Both the position numbers and the translations under genes were made by a program. A stretch of 63,821 nucleotides of DNA, counting the filler, from Octopus bimaculoides (taxonomy: Eukaryota), in assembly GCF_001194135.2 (NCBI RefSeq). It is 5 parts of 5 records of this genome, joined end to end, with 100 filler letters (N's around TTAATTAATTAA, not from the genome) between each part and the next. Parts side by side here need not be neighbours in the genome. Positions count along the whole stretch, not along the records: positions 22,903 to 41,597 come from NC_069007.1; 4 more parts are not named here. One strand, 5' to 3'. Below the pieces are notes generated by a model. It was not told the DNA's origin. It did not search any database and worked only from the letters and a program-made list of their open reading frames with translations. Shown here one piece after another: positions 23,749 to 37,676 of this stretch (positions are counted from its first letter, which is position 1; each line of letters starts with the position of its first letter).

Positions 23749-23783
23749 GGTGGTAGTAGTAGTGGTAGTTGTAGTGGTAGTAG
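23366..23783. repeat. compound trinucleotide repeats (TGC/TAC; GTA/GGT with a higher-order unit of about 72-75 bp) running into a gap
   Basis: Seen directly; AACAGTCGTAGTAG...GGTGGT...GTTGTAGTGG recurs from about 23635 and 23710. Confidence 0.9.
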
Positions 23784-25161
23784 NNNNNNNNNNNNNNNNN
23801 NNNNNNNNNNNNNNNNNNNNNNNNNNNNNNNNNNNNNNNNNNNNNNNNNNNNNNNNNNNNNNNNNNNNNNNNNNNNNNNNNNNNNNNNNNNNNNNNNNNN
23901 NNNNNNNNNNNNNNNNNNNNNNNNNNNNNNNNNNNNNNNNNNNNNNNNNNNNNNNNNNNNNNNNNNNNNNNNNNNNNNNNNNNNNNNNNNNNNNNNNNNN
24001 NNNNNNNNNNNNNNNNNNNNNNNNNNNNNNNNNNNNNNNNNNNNNNNNNNNNNNNNNNNNNNNNNNNNNNNNNNNNNNNNNNNNNNNNNNNNNNNNNNNN
24101 NNNNNNNNNNNNNNNNNNNNNNNNNNNNNNNNNNNNNNNNNNNNNNNNNNNNNNNNNNNNNNNNNNNNNNNNNNNNNNNNNNNNNNNNNNNNNNNNNNNN
24201 NNNNNNNNNNNNNNNNNNNNNNNNNNNNNNNNNNNNNNNNNNNNNNNNNNNNNNNNNNNNNNNNNNNNNNNNNNNNNNNNNNNNNNNNNNNNNNNNNNNN
24301 NNNNNNNNNNNNNNNNNNNNNNNNNNNNNNNNNNNNNNNNNNNNNNNNNNNNNNNNNNNNNNNNNNNNNNNNNNNNNNNNNNNNNNNNNNNNNNNNNNNN
24401 NNNNNNNNNNNNNNNNNNNNNNNNNNNNNNNNNNNNNNNNNNNNNNNNNNNNNNNNNNNNNNNNNNNNNNNNNNNNNNNNNNNNNNNNNNNNNNNNNNNN
24501 NNNNNNNNNNNNNNNNNNNNNNNNNNNNNNNNNNNNNNNNNNNNNNNNNNNNNNNNNNNNNNNNNNNNNNNNNNNNNNNNNNNNNNNNNNNNNNNNNNNN
24601 NNNNNNNNNNNNNNNNNNNNNNNNNNNNNNNNNNNNNNNNNNNNNNNNNNNNNNNNNNNNNNNNNNNNNNNNNNNNNNNNNNNNNNNNNNNNNNNNNNNN
24701 NNNNNNNNNNNNNNNNNNNNNNNNNNNNNNNNNNNNNNNNNNNNNNNNNNNNNNNNNNNTATATATGTATATATATATGTATATATATATGTATGTATAT
24801 GTGTATGTATATATATATATATATATATATATTTGTCACTTTTATTACCTGAGAATCATAAACGAGCTACAGGTATGCATATTTTTCTCTTCTCCCTCCC
24901 CCCTTCTCTTTCCATCTACATTATACATACACACGTATATTATATATAAAGTGTTTTATTGAGAACACCACAGGATGTATAGGTGTGTGTGTGTGTGTTC
25001 GTCTGCGTGTGAGTGAGTGTGTGTGTGTGTGTGTCTACAAGCTGCCCATATTTTTTATACCTGTCAGAAAAAATTAACTATTTGTGTCAACACGCGTTGG
25101 CTACGCTTAGTGTAAAGTTATATATAACATACATACCTGCATATATATATATATATTTATA

Positions 25162-25207
<46 letters not shown>

Positions 25208-25509
25208 CATGTGCGTGTGTGTGTGTGTGTTTCTATGTATGTGTATATTATATATATACACATATGTATAAGTGTCTATGTATCTTTTCATAGAGATAAA
25301 TTTAGAAGTGTGTATGTGTGTGTGTGTGTGTGTGTGTATGTGTGGGTGTTTATGTGCGTATGTGTGTGCGTGTGTGTTAGTGAATTTTTCTATTGAGGAG
25401 GGGGAATGTTGACTTGCGGGAAAAGCTTTGAAGCACGTGTTCAGCTTGGTTTTTCTACCTGAAACAGGTAAAGTACTCACACTCTTTGCAAGTCATACAA
25501 TGCGCCTCC

Positions 25510-25537
25510 GCCGCTACCACCACTACCACCACCACAT

Positions 25538-25568
<31 letters not shown>

Positions 25569-25722
25569 CACTACTACTACTACTACTGCCGCTGCTGTTG
25601 CTGCTGCTGCTGCTGTTGCTGCTACTACTACTACCACCATCACCACCATCACCACCACCACCACCAACAACACCACCATCACCACTACCACCACCACCAC
25701 CACCACCACCACTACTACTACT
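25510..25722. repeat. compound CAC/TAC/TGC trinucleotide repeat
   Basis: Seen directly. Confidence 0.9.
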
Positions 25723-26367
25723 NNNNNNNNNNNNNNNNNNNNNNNNNNNNNNNNNNNNNNNNNNNNNNNNNNNNNNNNNNNNNNNNNNNNNNNNNNNNNN
25801 NNNNNNNNNNNNNNNNNNNNNNNNNNNNNNNNNNNNNNNNNNNNNNNNNNNNNNNNNNNNNNNNNNNNNNNNNNNNNNNNNNNNNNNNNNNNNNNNNNNN
25901 NNNNNNNNNNNNNNNNNNNNNNCTCTTTGAAAACGAACCAGCGAGGGGGCCACTGTGTGTTCGTTTGCAAAGTCCATGAGATAGGTGTTCAGCCCCTAAG
26001 GGCCCCGAAGGTTCAAGAGAGAGGATCGTCCTGCAAAGAATGGCCCAGCGAATTTCTGGCGGCTGGTTGGGAGGTAGATACTCTCCCCGCTTCCGAGGAG
26101 AGGTCCAACCCGAAAGCAATCTTGTTCAAGCTTCTGTCGGGTAAACCAGGATCTTGACTCGCTAGAAATAGTTGTCAAAGTTTCCTCAAATCTCAGTTCA
26201 CCTAATTAAATGGATCTTGCTTAGAATTTCCGACCATGGTCTACAGTTCGGTTCTTATACGTAGCACCTTGAGCAAATGTCTGCTACTGTAGCCCAGGGT
26301 CCTTGTGGATGGATTTCGAAAACGGAAACTGTAAGAATCCCATCGTGTACACGCACATACAGAGGCG

Positions 26368-26434
<67 letters not shown>

Positions 26435-27738
26435 TATGTATATATCAGAGGCGACTCCAAGTCATCAGATTTCGTCACTCGAGCACTTGACAGACTTCGC
26501 ATAAGACACATGCCTGCTCAAGAATTTCACGTTTTCCCGCAATATTTCTAGTCCCACATGGCTTATCTTTTTTATATCTAGCACTATGTCTTTCTCCATT
26601 TCTAAGTTAACGGTAAAAATAAAGCAAACCTGCAAAACACAACCTGATCTTTACACACAGACGCACAGAATAACAGCAATCAAATAACGGCAGCACAACA
26701 AACATCAGCGATCTGATTGTCACCTGTACTGTTGACAAGAGATGCCAGTTAGTCTTTGACACCTACCAATCTCGTTCGTATTAGCCCGAGTTGCTGGATA
26801 ATTTTTCGTTCCTTAAAGAATATTGTAGATTAGAAACTTTACATAGATTGGAATTTAAATCCTAATCTCTATAGAAATTTATTGTTTCAAGAAAACATAG
26901 AATTTGAATTACTTTTAGTTTTTACTTTTATAGATAACAACTCGGGCTGTAGCTTCTGAGTTCGAGTCTGGCGCGTGTGAACGATGTCAAGAGAACATCA
27001 GCTACGAACGATGTTCTTTGACACAGGGCACCTCTAAGATGACCGCCAGATGCTGAACGAAAATAAATGAACTGTGACCAGGCTCAATAAAAGGAGCCCA
27101 GGTTATTGGCTGAAAGTCAGTGTTGGCAGAAATTAAATCAGCTTGCAAATACACGTTCACTCCACTAAAATTATACTCGGGCTAAACCCGAACAGCCCGA
27201 GTGCCGGAGTCGCTACTGAGATATATATATACAAGAGTTAAGGAACGGCGTATATAAGATCCGAGCTGCATATGTTTCATAGTAAGCAGAACCTCGGAAG
27301 TGGTAAATATCCAAGTGAGGTGTATACTGCAGGTTACTCGTCAAGCCAAGGATGTCTTGATCGAATGAAAGTTTACATTGTCGCAAGGAGGTACTTGTTA
27401 AGACATGGAAGAATCGACCAGAATGTGTAGAGAACATAGCAAGAGTGGAGAACAATCTTCTGCCTCAATAAATAACTACTGTCCTGAAAGTTGTTATTTT
27501 ATATTTACTAGAGAGTGCTTGAAGTGAACCTTGTTCCTACGCCTCGAGAGTCCCAGATGAAACTACCTCGCGGCAGGAGGCACAAATGAAGGCAGCGACA
27601 CTAAACTCCCTTATTCAGCAAATGTCACATGTCAGAGGAGGCTCTCAGTAGTAACAGTGGAGCAAAACGGCGGTGCCCCAGCATGGCCACAGCTTTGAGC
27701 TGAAACTAAGAAAGAAAAAATGTGCGTGCGCGTGTGTG

Positions 27739-27772
<34 letters not shown>

Positions 27773-28441
27773 NNNNNNNNNNNNNNNNNNNNNNNNNNNN
27801 NNNNNNNNNNNNNNNNNNNNNNNNNNNNNNNNNNNNNNNNNNNNNNNNNNNNNNNNNNNNNNNNNNNNNNNNNNNNNNNNNNNNNNNNNNNNNNNNNNNN
27901 NNNNNNNNNNNNNNNNNNNNNNNNNNNNNNNNNNNNNNNNNNNNNNNNNNNNNNNNNNNNNNNNNNNNNNNNNNNNNNNNNNNNNNNNNNNNNNNNNNNN
28001 NNNNNNNNNNNNNNNNNNNNNNNNNNNNNNNNNNNNNNNNNNNNNNNNNNNNNNNNNNNNNNNNNNNNNNNNNNNNNNNNNNNNNNNNNNNNNNNNNNNN
28101 NNNNNNNNNNNNNNNNNNNNNNNNNNNNNNNNNNNNNNNNNNNNNNNNNNNNNNNNNNNNNNNNNNNNNNNNNNNNNNNNNNNNNNNNNNNNNNNNNNNN
28201 NNNNNNNNNNNNNNNNNNNNNNNNNNNNNNNNNNNNNNNNNNNNNNNNNNNNNNNNNNNNNNNNNNNNNNNNNNNNNNNNNNNNNNNNNNNNNNNNNNNN
28301 NNNNNNNNNNNNNNNNNNNNNNNNNNNNNNNNNNNNNNNNNNNNNNNNNNNNNNNNNNNNNNNNNNNNNNNNNNNNNNNNNNNNNNNNNNNNNNNNNNNN
28401 NNNNNNNNNNNNNNNNNNNNNNNNNNNNATATGTGTGTGTG

Positions 28442-29219
28442 TGTAGTAGATCTTGCATGCAAGAAGTGGATTCGATCCACTATAGCCAAATTTAAATTAA
28501 CACAGCGACAGAACTTTTCCCATGGTGGAACAATGGTTTTTCTCTGACAGCAGTTTTACATTTTCCAGATGCCTTTAGCTAGGCCGAAACAATGTCTTCA
28601 CCACTTAACCCTTTCTAACCTCTCCTACACCACCAAAATCTAGAATAGAGATAACAAGACCACCAACTAAATCTGTTATCCTTCTGGATTGTTATAAAAA
28701 GCCAGGAAACCACAAGAAAAATTTAGTTTAGTCACCAGTCGGTGACAACTCAACCAGTCCAGTCACATGGTGACGACTCCATGAGAACGAAGTCTGGCTG
28801 ATCAGCTAGAACCTTGGCTAGAGGGAAAAATGAAGTTTACTGCCAGCAGCTGTGAGACAACGTCGCACACCCTACAACTGTTTATTTACTACTACAAGAT
28901 CGTGTACACACATATACAAACTAAAATTAACTTTTTTTACCTTGCATGCTTTACGAACTGTGTTATACTACTACACTAACCTACCCGTCGTGGTATGGCA
29001 TTTATTAGAGTAACGGTAAATAAATATTTCTTTACAACTTCGATCACTGTTCTTCGTTCATCTTACAACCGTTACAATTGGTAACTACACAAAATTATCA
29101 TCGCTACAAACAAAAACATTATTTTACAATTGGTGAACCCGAACAAGAGAATTACTGCAATAGCAACCAATCTCTACCGTTACAATTGGTAACCTCCGAC
29201 CCTATCATTTACCGTTACA
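28442..29219 (+). mobile_element. LTR-like dispersed repeat, copy 1, with PBS-like junctions
   Basis: Homologous over about 600 bp to 45270-46000 (e.g. CTAGAATAGAGATAACA, ACCCGTCGTGGT, AATAAATATTTCTTTACAACTTCGATCACTGTTCTTCGTT). Starts TGTA, ends GTTACA (29076), followed by AT-TGG. Confidence 0.6.
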
Positions 29220-29228
29220 CACACACAC

Positions 29229-29276
<48 letters not shown>

Positions 29277-29782
29277 AACGGTAAATGATAGGGTCGGAGG
29301 TTACCAATATATATACATACACATACATGTACACAACATACACACACACATATACACACATGCACAAGTACATATACACCCACATATTCACATACACATA
29401 CATATACACGCGCACCTGGTCCTTGTGAGGTTATAGTAGAAGACCCTTACCGAAGGAACCCTGCAGTGGGATTGATCCCGAGATCCAACGGCTGCGATGC
29501 GAATTACTGAACCATTTAACCGCATAGCTATGCTTACACCCACACAATTACAATTAAGTGAATATCTTAAAATCATTATCGCATTTTCAATTACACCACT
29601 TCCGGTACCAACAAGGTTTATCGTAGTTTCAAGTTATTATTTACGTAGAGTTGCTAATATAACTGCTGTAAAGTAGTACAGAGGTTCTAACCTTAGGGGC
29701 GCAATGGATAGACCCCCCCCCCAGGGACCGAGAGGTGTGTTTTAAGAAAATTTTGAAGGTTAAAGTTTATTATTATTATATT

Positions 29783-30125
29783 ACATATCCCGTAGTCTTG
29801 TTGATCGTTGGGGTACAACTGAAGACTTTGTGATCAGATCCCTCCACCCATCTCTGTCTTCTGTCTTTCGCACTGCGCCTTCATCATCAGGCCTGTCCAC
29901 AGATGTTTTTTTCCCACCTCTTTCTCTGTCAGCTTCTGTGTCTGTCACCTTTGATTGTTCCCTAAAGGATCGCTTTGGCCATCTCTGATGAGCGGGTGAT
30001 ATGTCCAGACCACTTGAGCTTGCGTTTCTTTACTGTGGGGAGAAGTTTCTCATAGAACCTTATTCCCTGCCTTATTCTTATTTTCACTTCCTCGTTTGTA
30101 ACACTGAACTACTTGGTAAAATTGT
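29783..30125 (-). mobile_element. RTE-clade LINE 3' fragment
   Basis: VTNEEVKIRIRQGIRFYEKLLPTVKKRKLKWSGHITRSSEMAKAIL*GTIKGDRHRS*QRKRW matches the RTE C-terminal GHITR..TILQGT..G.R.RGRQRKRW pattern. Confidence 0.85.
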
Positions 30126-30544
30126 TAATTATTAATTCTATTACTAATTGACGATTCCCTGCCCTTATTCTTGTATAATTTATATATATATATATATATT
30201 TGTACTACTGTAATTTTTTCCGTCCTTGTTTTCGTATACATTCGCTGCTTTCTTCCAAAGAATCCAATGCTCTTAGCTTAGTTTTTCCTTGGGGTTGGCC
30301 AAATCTCCCCTAAATCATACACTTTTTCGTCTGAAAATACTCTTTTACTTGTTTCAGTCATTTAACTGTGGCCATGCTGGAGCACCGTCTTTAGTCGAGC
30401 AAATCGAACCCAGGACTTATTCTTTGGTAAGCCTAGTACTTATTCTATCGGTCTATAAGCGGAGAGTTATAGTATGAAGTGAGAGTGAGTGTGATGCGCT
30501 GATGCTCTCTTTATCCTTTTATATATTTATACATATATATATGT

Positions 30545-30614
<70 letters not shown>

Positions 30615-30831
30615 CTATATCTACCTATATATATATATATATCTATATCTGCCTATATATATATATATATATATAATCTTTTATCTGTTACATTCATTTG
30701 AGGCCATGCTGGGGCACTGCCTTAAAGAATCTTTTAGTCGAATGGATCGAGCCTGATACTTATTCCATCCGCCTCTTTTTGTCGAATCCCCATATGTATT
30801 TACGACGTACGTATGTATGGATATATGTATG

Positions 30832-30864
<33 letters not shown>

Positions 30865-30904
30865 GACTGTATGTCTGTCTGTCTGTATGTATGTATGTAT
30901 ACGT

Positions 30905-31112
30905 ATCAGGACGTATCAATTGCCCCATAGGACAATTACCCTCATAGACCAATCCCCCCCACCCACGACAACTACCCCCAGGGCAATTACCTCCCTTGGT
31001 TGATTACCCCCTCTACAATAGATTAAGAAGTCTTAAATCATCATCTGTTACCCTCAGGGTTAATTGTCCTTGGGGTGGGGTTATTGCCGAGGGGAGGGGG
31101 TAAGTGTCCTAG
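30905..31112. mobile_element. MITE-like element built from GGACAATTACCC motifs
   Basis: GGACAATTACCC, GACAACTACCCCC and GGGCAATTACC on the left; inverted GGGTAATTGTCC and GGGGGTAAGTGTCC on the right. Confidence 0.55.
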
Positions 31113-31431
31113 ACTCGTATGTATGTATGTGAAAACCATATTCACATTCTGCAATATTTGCATGTAACAAGAGCCGAGTTCATTAGTCCCAAACAGAGTC
31201 ACCCATATTGTTCTTAATGGTCAGTGATGGTCATCCTCGGTCACAAAGGGACGGCCATCATCACCATGAATGTATGCATCATCAGTGAAAACTTTGGCAA
31301 ATATCGGATCATGGAATGCGTTTAAGTGGATGTTTTTCCTCACAGGAAACCGTTTGTTTAAGCTGAAATTTCCGGGATAATTTATTAATCGTGGAATGCA
31401 ATACAGCAAAATCATTTGTGTGAGTGTGTGT

Positions 31432-31504
<73 letters not shown>

Positions 31505-32037
31505 AGAGAGAGAGAGAGAATGAATCGTAGGGGATACGATGTATAAACATCTAATTATCAAAGACGAAAAGTCCTATAAATTTTTTCAAATACCAAGGAA
31601 TTTCTATTTCTTATTCTACACACATACACACACACACACATACACACACACGCCCACACATATATATATATATATGTATGTATGTATATGCCGGTTATTA
31701 ATTTAATGTGTTACGTAATTTTCCCATGCTACAATAATTGCAAAAATTTCCTCCATCAGACGGAAAAATACCGAACGACTGCAATGGCAGCTTGGGTTTA
31801 TTAAGCGTAATGGGTTNNNNNNNNNNNNNNNNNNNNNNNNNNNNNNNNNNNNNNNNNNNNNNNNNNNNNNNNNNNNNNNNNNNNNNNNNNNNNNNNNNNN
31901 NNNNNNNNNNNNNNNNNNNNNNNNNNNNNNNNNNNNNNNNNNNNNNNNNNNNNNNNNNNNNNNNNNNNNNNNNNNNNNNNNNNNNNNNNNNNNNNNNNNN
32001 NNNNNNNNNNNNNNNNNNNNNNNNNNNNNNNNNNNNN

Positions 32038-32079
<42 letters not shown>

Positions 32080-32727
32080 ATATGAAAGCAGACATGGCTT
32101 TATGGTAAAAAGGTTGCTTCCTAACCTCATGGGCTCATGTTCAGTACTAACGCGTACCACATTGGACAAATGTCTTCTAGTATAGTTCTGTAAGACTTGT
32201 GAATGGTTTTGGTACACGGAAACTGAAAAGAAGCCCGGGCATGCGGTCTACATAGTCATCAAAGACACGCTGCAAATATTATGTTTATACATCCTTTGCA
32301 ATGGAATATCCCAACTCCATCGAACGGACTCTACACACGGCTGCTGCTGCTGGAGAAGATAATCGACTTGGTCAGACGGATGTGAATGAAGAAAGGGAGC
32401 AGTCGCCATATTTCATTTCATATCGGATACGACTGATGTGCGTATGATTATATAATCGGATTGTTACCTAACACTCCGTTGTGCCATTGGCGCTAAACCG
32501 ATTGGCAAGATCAGCCGTGATGCATATATAATACTGTACACATCCGATAATATATATATAAACTAGCAGTTTGGCAAAAAGAGACCGACAGAATAAGTAC
32601 TAGGCTTACAAAGAATAAAAGAATATATATATATATANNNNNNNNNNNNATATATAATATATATATAAACTAGCAGTTTGGCAAAAAGAGACCGACAGAA
32701 TAAGTACTAGGCTTACAAAGAATAAAA

Positions 32728-32767
<40 letters not shown>

Positions 32768-34583
32768 CGGCGATGTAAACACGGCGATGTAACACGGCTA
32801 GGTTACGGCGATGTAAACACACCACCATCGGTTGTTAAGGGATGGTGGGGGACAAACACAGACACATACACAAATACACACACAGACACATACACACACG
32901 CATACATACACACAAGCACACATATACAATGGGCCTATTTCAGTTTTCCGTCTAACAAAACAACTCACAAGGCTTTGGCAGAACTATGAAACTTCATAAA
33001 TTTCCGATGTTGATGAAATTTCAACCATAGGTAATTGACACACATCAAGAAGTATTCCCATGAAATATTCCCAAAGTTTCCGCTTCTCATAAGGGTTCTA
33101 AGACCCACTTATAGGGGCCTTAACTCCCAAATTTTAGTAATTTTTTTATGATTCAAAACTAGGTCAAAAGTACTGAGTGGATCTTTATGAAATTTGGAAA
33201 TTATATTCTATGCATAAGGACAGATGTAATGCAGTATATGTTTGAAAGTGAAGGGGCATAAATGAGGCCATAACCCCCACGAAAATTCATATATTTTTGC
33301 TGTTGATGAAATTCTAACTATAGATAGACACAAATGAAGTAATATTTCTAAAATTTCAACTTCTTGGGAGTTAGTAAAACCCTTTAATGGGGGCTTAACC
33401 TCCACAGTTTAGTCATTTTTCCTAAGCCAAGACAAATACAAATCTACTCTTGGACGCTGTAGAGTCACCCGAGCATACAAGATGTAATTCAATGGTACAA
33501 CAGTGTAAGGGTTTGCTTTGAGATTGTGATTTCTGCAATGTGGTGCATGAATTGTCAAGTGAAGAAGTGGCATCTTTGCCTCCACTGATTCAGTTGTAAA
33601 GTGTTATTTTGAGTAAAGTTATTTGGTTGCAGACCTCCTTTGAGTATTTTTATTACCACTGGGTCAGAGATAGTCCCCAGATGGTAACATTGATTTTAAG
33701 GCCTTCCCAGATAAGTGACTTATTTATAGATTACAAATTTACCAAATCCGCTCACAAGGTTTCGGTCGGCCCGAAACTATAGTAGAAGACACTTGCTCAA
33801 GGTGTCACGCAGTGGGACTGAACCCGGAACCATGTGGTTGGTAAGCAAGGTACTTCCCACACAGCCACTCCCGCGTGTGTTTATGTGTGTAAATATATAT
33901 GTGCACATATCTATATGTGTGTGCTTGTGCTTGTGAACCACCATCACTAGACCAGCGTTGTTGGTTTGTTTACGTTTCTGTAAGCTAGCAGTTCAGCTAA
34001 AGAAACCGATAGAACGAGTACCAGACTTTGAAAAAACTAAGTACTGCTGTCGACTAAATTGTTCAAGGTTGTGCCCCAAGATCTAAAAGATAAGAAATAA
34101 ATATATATAAATAAATAGATTAGCCTCAGAAACCAGAAAACTAGCAAATATTTGCTTTATATTTTAAACCTAACCCATGCAACCTTAAACAGTTAAATTA
34201 CCTTTTGAGAATAATTTGCCGAATCCACAGTAACGCTTGTACCACACCCATGGCCCAATAATGGCTTGATATAATAAAAATACATTGCAACTATAAGTAA
34301 TTTCCCCTCGTTTGACATTTTGCCAGAAATCAGCTGACGAAAGCTACAGAAATATGGGAAGAAAACGGAACGAGAAATTTGGGCGCGGCTGTTTAGGCGC
34401 TGATGAACTTGCTCGGCTGACTGGACATTCACCCTATTTTGCCATCGGTACGTTTTTGAGTCGGTGGCATTATACCCCAGCACTCATGTATGTATGTATG
34501 TATGTATGTATGTATGTATGTATGTATGTATGTATGTATGCATGCATGCATGCATTTAATAATGTATGTATGTGTGGATGTAT

Positions 34584-34634
<51 letters not shown>

Positions 34635-36299
34635 TGTGCGTGTGTGTGTATATATATATATATATATAAATACACACGGAAAATGGAATTCACGAGATTG
34701 TTTATTAATCACAACGAACATTTCGACCCAACTTCCATTGGTCCCTCGCAGGTGTGATATTATACAACTGTTTATGGTGCATCTCTCGATGTAGATGTGT
34801 CTTTTCAGGCGACTTTTTAAAAGGTACCTCGTTCAATAAACTCAGTTTCGCTTGGTTCGATTATACAGCGCGTCGTTATAGGCTTTATGGTTTCAAATGA
34901 CATGGAATGGATACAATCTATTTTTATTAGAAAAGAGACCCCGCTCCCTTCGATCATGAATAACCATAAGATTGTACCTAGAAAGTTACCCTCCGAGGCA
35001 CAAGTCCAGGCAAGGTTGTCTATGGAAGACCTGCAGTCGCCCATACATCCCATCCTCGCCTCTCCACGCCACCGATGTTATCCATGGGAAAGGCAAAGGG
35101 GCCGATACAGCTTGGTATCAATGACATCGCAGCTAATTTCTACAGCTGAGTGAACTGGAGCAACGGGAAATTAAGTGTCTTGCTCAAGAACACAACACAG
35201 TGCCCGGTCCGAGAATTGAACTCACTACCTCATGAGTATATGTTAGAAACGTTTTCAAAAAAATTATTTGATGCAGTTACATTATTATCAATTATATAGA
35301 AAAATTAAAATCTTTAAAAGAAAACAGGTTTGTGAAACTGCTTTCGCTGTTTTAAGCTTTTCAAACGTTAGTATTGTAAGAAAATTCCTATAGAAAAGCG
35401 CTTACATAAAAAGAAAACTTCTTTCCATCAGGTCTGTGGTTATCTGCTAAGTTGTTTAATATAGTTAAGTAATATTTAAGTTCAAAAACTCTTTTTGTCA
35501 AGTATGTGTATGCGTGTGTGTGCGTGCGCATGCGCGTGTGTCTGTGTGTGTGTCTGTGTGTGTGCCTGTGTGTGCATGCGTGCGCGTGTATATATATATN
35601 NNNNNNNNNNNNNNNNNNNNNNNNNNNNNNNNNNNNNNNNNNNNNNNNNNNNNNNNNNNNNNNNNNNNNNNNNNNNNNNNNNNNNNNNNNNNNNNNNNNN
35701 NNNNNNNNNNNNNNNNNNNNNNNNNNNNNNNNNNNNNNNNNNNNNNNNNNNNNNNNNNNNNNNNNNNNNNNNNNNNNNNNNNNNNNNNNNNNNNNNNNNN
35801 NNNNNNNNNNNNNNNNNNNNNNNNNNNNNNNNNNNNNNNNNNNNNNNNNNNNNNNNNNNNNNNNNNNNNNNNNNNNNNNNNNNNNNNNNNNNNNNNNNNN
35901 NNNNNNNNNNNNNNNNNNNNNNNNNNNNATATATATATACCTGTGTGTGTGTGTGTGTGTGCAACTACTGGTGTTGATGCAGAACATGCTTGGCTGATTG
36001 CCCCGTATCAAACTACCGCCATCCGATGCAGATTTGCCCTTGTCTTGAGGTTGCAGTTAATTCCTTATCAGGCCATACGAATGCAGGTCTCATAGGGGAT
36101 TTCTTATCAATTGTTTATCACCATGTGGCATTTATCGCCTTACCACTGTGCTCACACATGGTCAGTTAGGGCACCATCTTCACATAATCTTAGTGATCAA
36201 AATCAATTTAAAATCTCAAGATATCGCAGACGTCTCCCACTTATGAAAATGTTAAATTCACAAAGAATTTTCTTAACAGAGACATTGGTTCATTCTTTT

Positions 36300-36800
36300 A
36301 CTTTTTACTTGTTTCAATCATTAGACTTCGGCCATGCTGGGTTACTGCCTTGAAGAATTATTAGCCGAATGTATCGGCTACAGTACTTATATTTTGTAAG
36401 ACTGGTACCCATTCTAGCGGTCTCTTTTGTCGAACGGCTTGGTTACGGGGACTTAAAAACATCAGCACCGGTTGTCAAGTAGTGGCGGTGGGGGACAAAT
36501 ACAGACACCTACCACGCAGTGGTGAGGACCTAACAAAGACACAAAGATACACACACAGACATACACACACACACACACGCATACATACACACACACACAC
36601 GCACACATAAACATACACACATACACACATGCACATATATATATATACGGGCTTCTTTCAGTTTCCGTCTTCCAGATCCACTGACAAGGTTTTGGTCGGT
36701 ACCAGGCTACAGTAGAAGACGCTTTCTCAAGGTGCCACATAATGAGACTGAGCCTAGAACCATGCGGTTGAGAAGTAAGCTTCTTACGGCACAGCCACCT
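36300..36800 (-). mobile_element. full-length tRNA-derived SINE with internal (CA)n
   Basis: Minus-strand head GTGGCTGTGCCGTAAGAAGCTTACTTCTCAACCGCATGGTTCTAGGCTCAGTC (A/B-box-like), body, internal CA tract, conserved tail. Confidence 0.8.
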
Positions 36801-36888
<88 letters not shown>

Positions 36889-37482
36889 GTGCAATTTAAA
36901 CCTTAAACTGCTTGACAAATAACCGATATTAAGAAATCCATGTGCAATTACGTTCTTCTATTGACGCATACTTAAACAGACAACATCCGCCCGTCGACAA
37001 GTTTTATGACAATCTAAGCTTAACGTGCATCAAAGGGAAACGAACAGATAAGAAGAGACAATAAATCTGTCAGAAAGTGACAGCGTCTATTTTACAGACG
37101 GTCTGATAACATTCTTTCCCCTGTCGGTCTCATCCCTGTCTGTACTATGCTAGCTTTTTATTCACCATCTGACATCTATATAACGTCCTTTTATTAGCAT
37201 TTTGAGTAAAGCCAGTCGCAAATTATCTCCACGATGGTGATTTCTATCATCTTTTCCCAAATATAGTTACATGCTATAAGTTACACATCTCTGATGATTT
37301 GTCAGCAAGTGTTGGTTATGTAATCGGCATTATGTAAGCAATAATCTCTTGTGTTAATGAAACGTACGTAACATAGTATAACTATATACCTCAGGTTCTG
37401 TTTTGTTATTCTACGCTAGGCAGATTTATCATATCACTTTATGCGCATTTCAGTATTATCATTTTCATTTTATCTAGTGTTT

Positions 37483-37536
<54 letters not shown>

Positions 37537-37620
37537 GTGTGTATGTATATATGTAGATAATATTCCGTACATAAAACAACGGGTCATATACTAGTATACA
37601 TATAAATCTGCACACGCACG

Positions 37621-37676
<56 letters not shown>

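Noticed and set aside
29860-29895. Minus-strand CTGATGA..GAAA
   Set aside because: Lies within RTE coding sequence, and stems II and III do not form.
31221-31550. Minus-strand 109-aa ORF with a protein-like tail (FHDPIFAKVFTDDAYIHGDDGRPF)
   Set aside because: The first half is microsatellite, no domain was recognised and no convincing splice sites were found.
32560-32740. Tandem duplication of about 80 bp across a 12-N gap
   Set aside because: Identical copies on each side of a tiny gap suggest overlapping contig ends.
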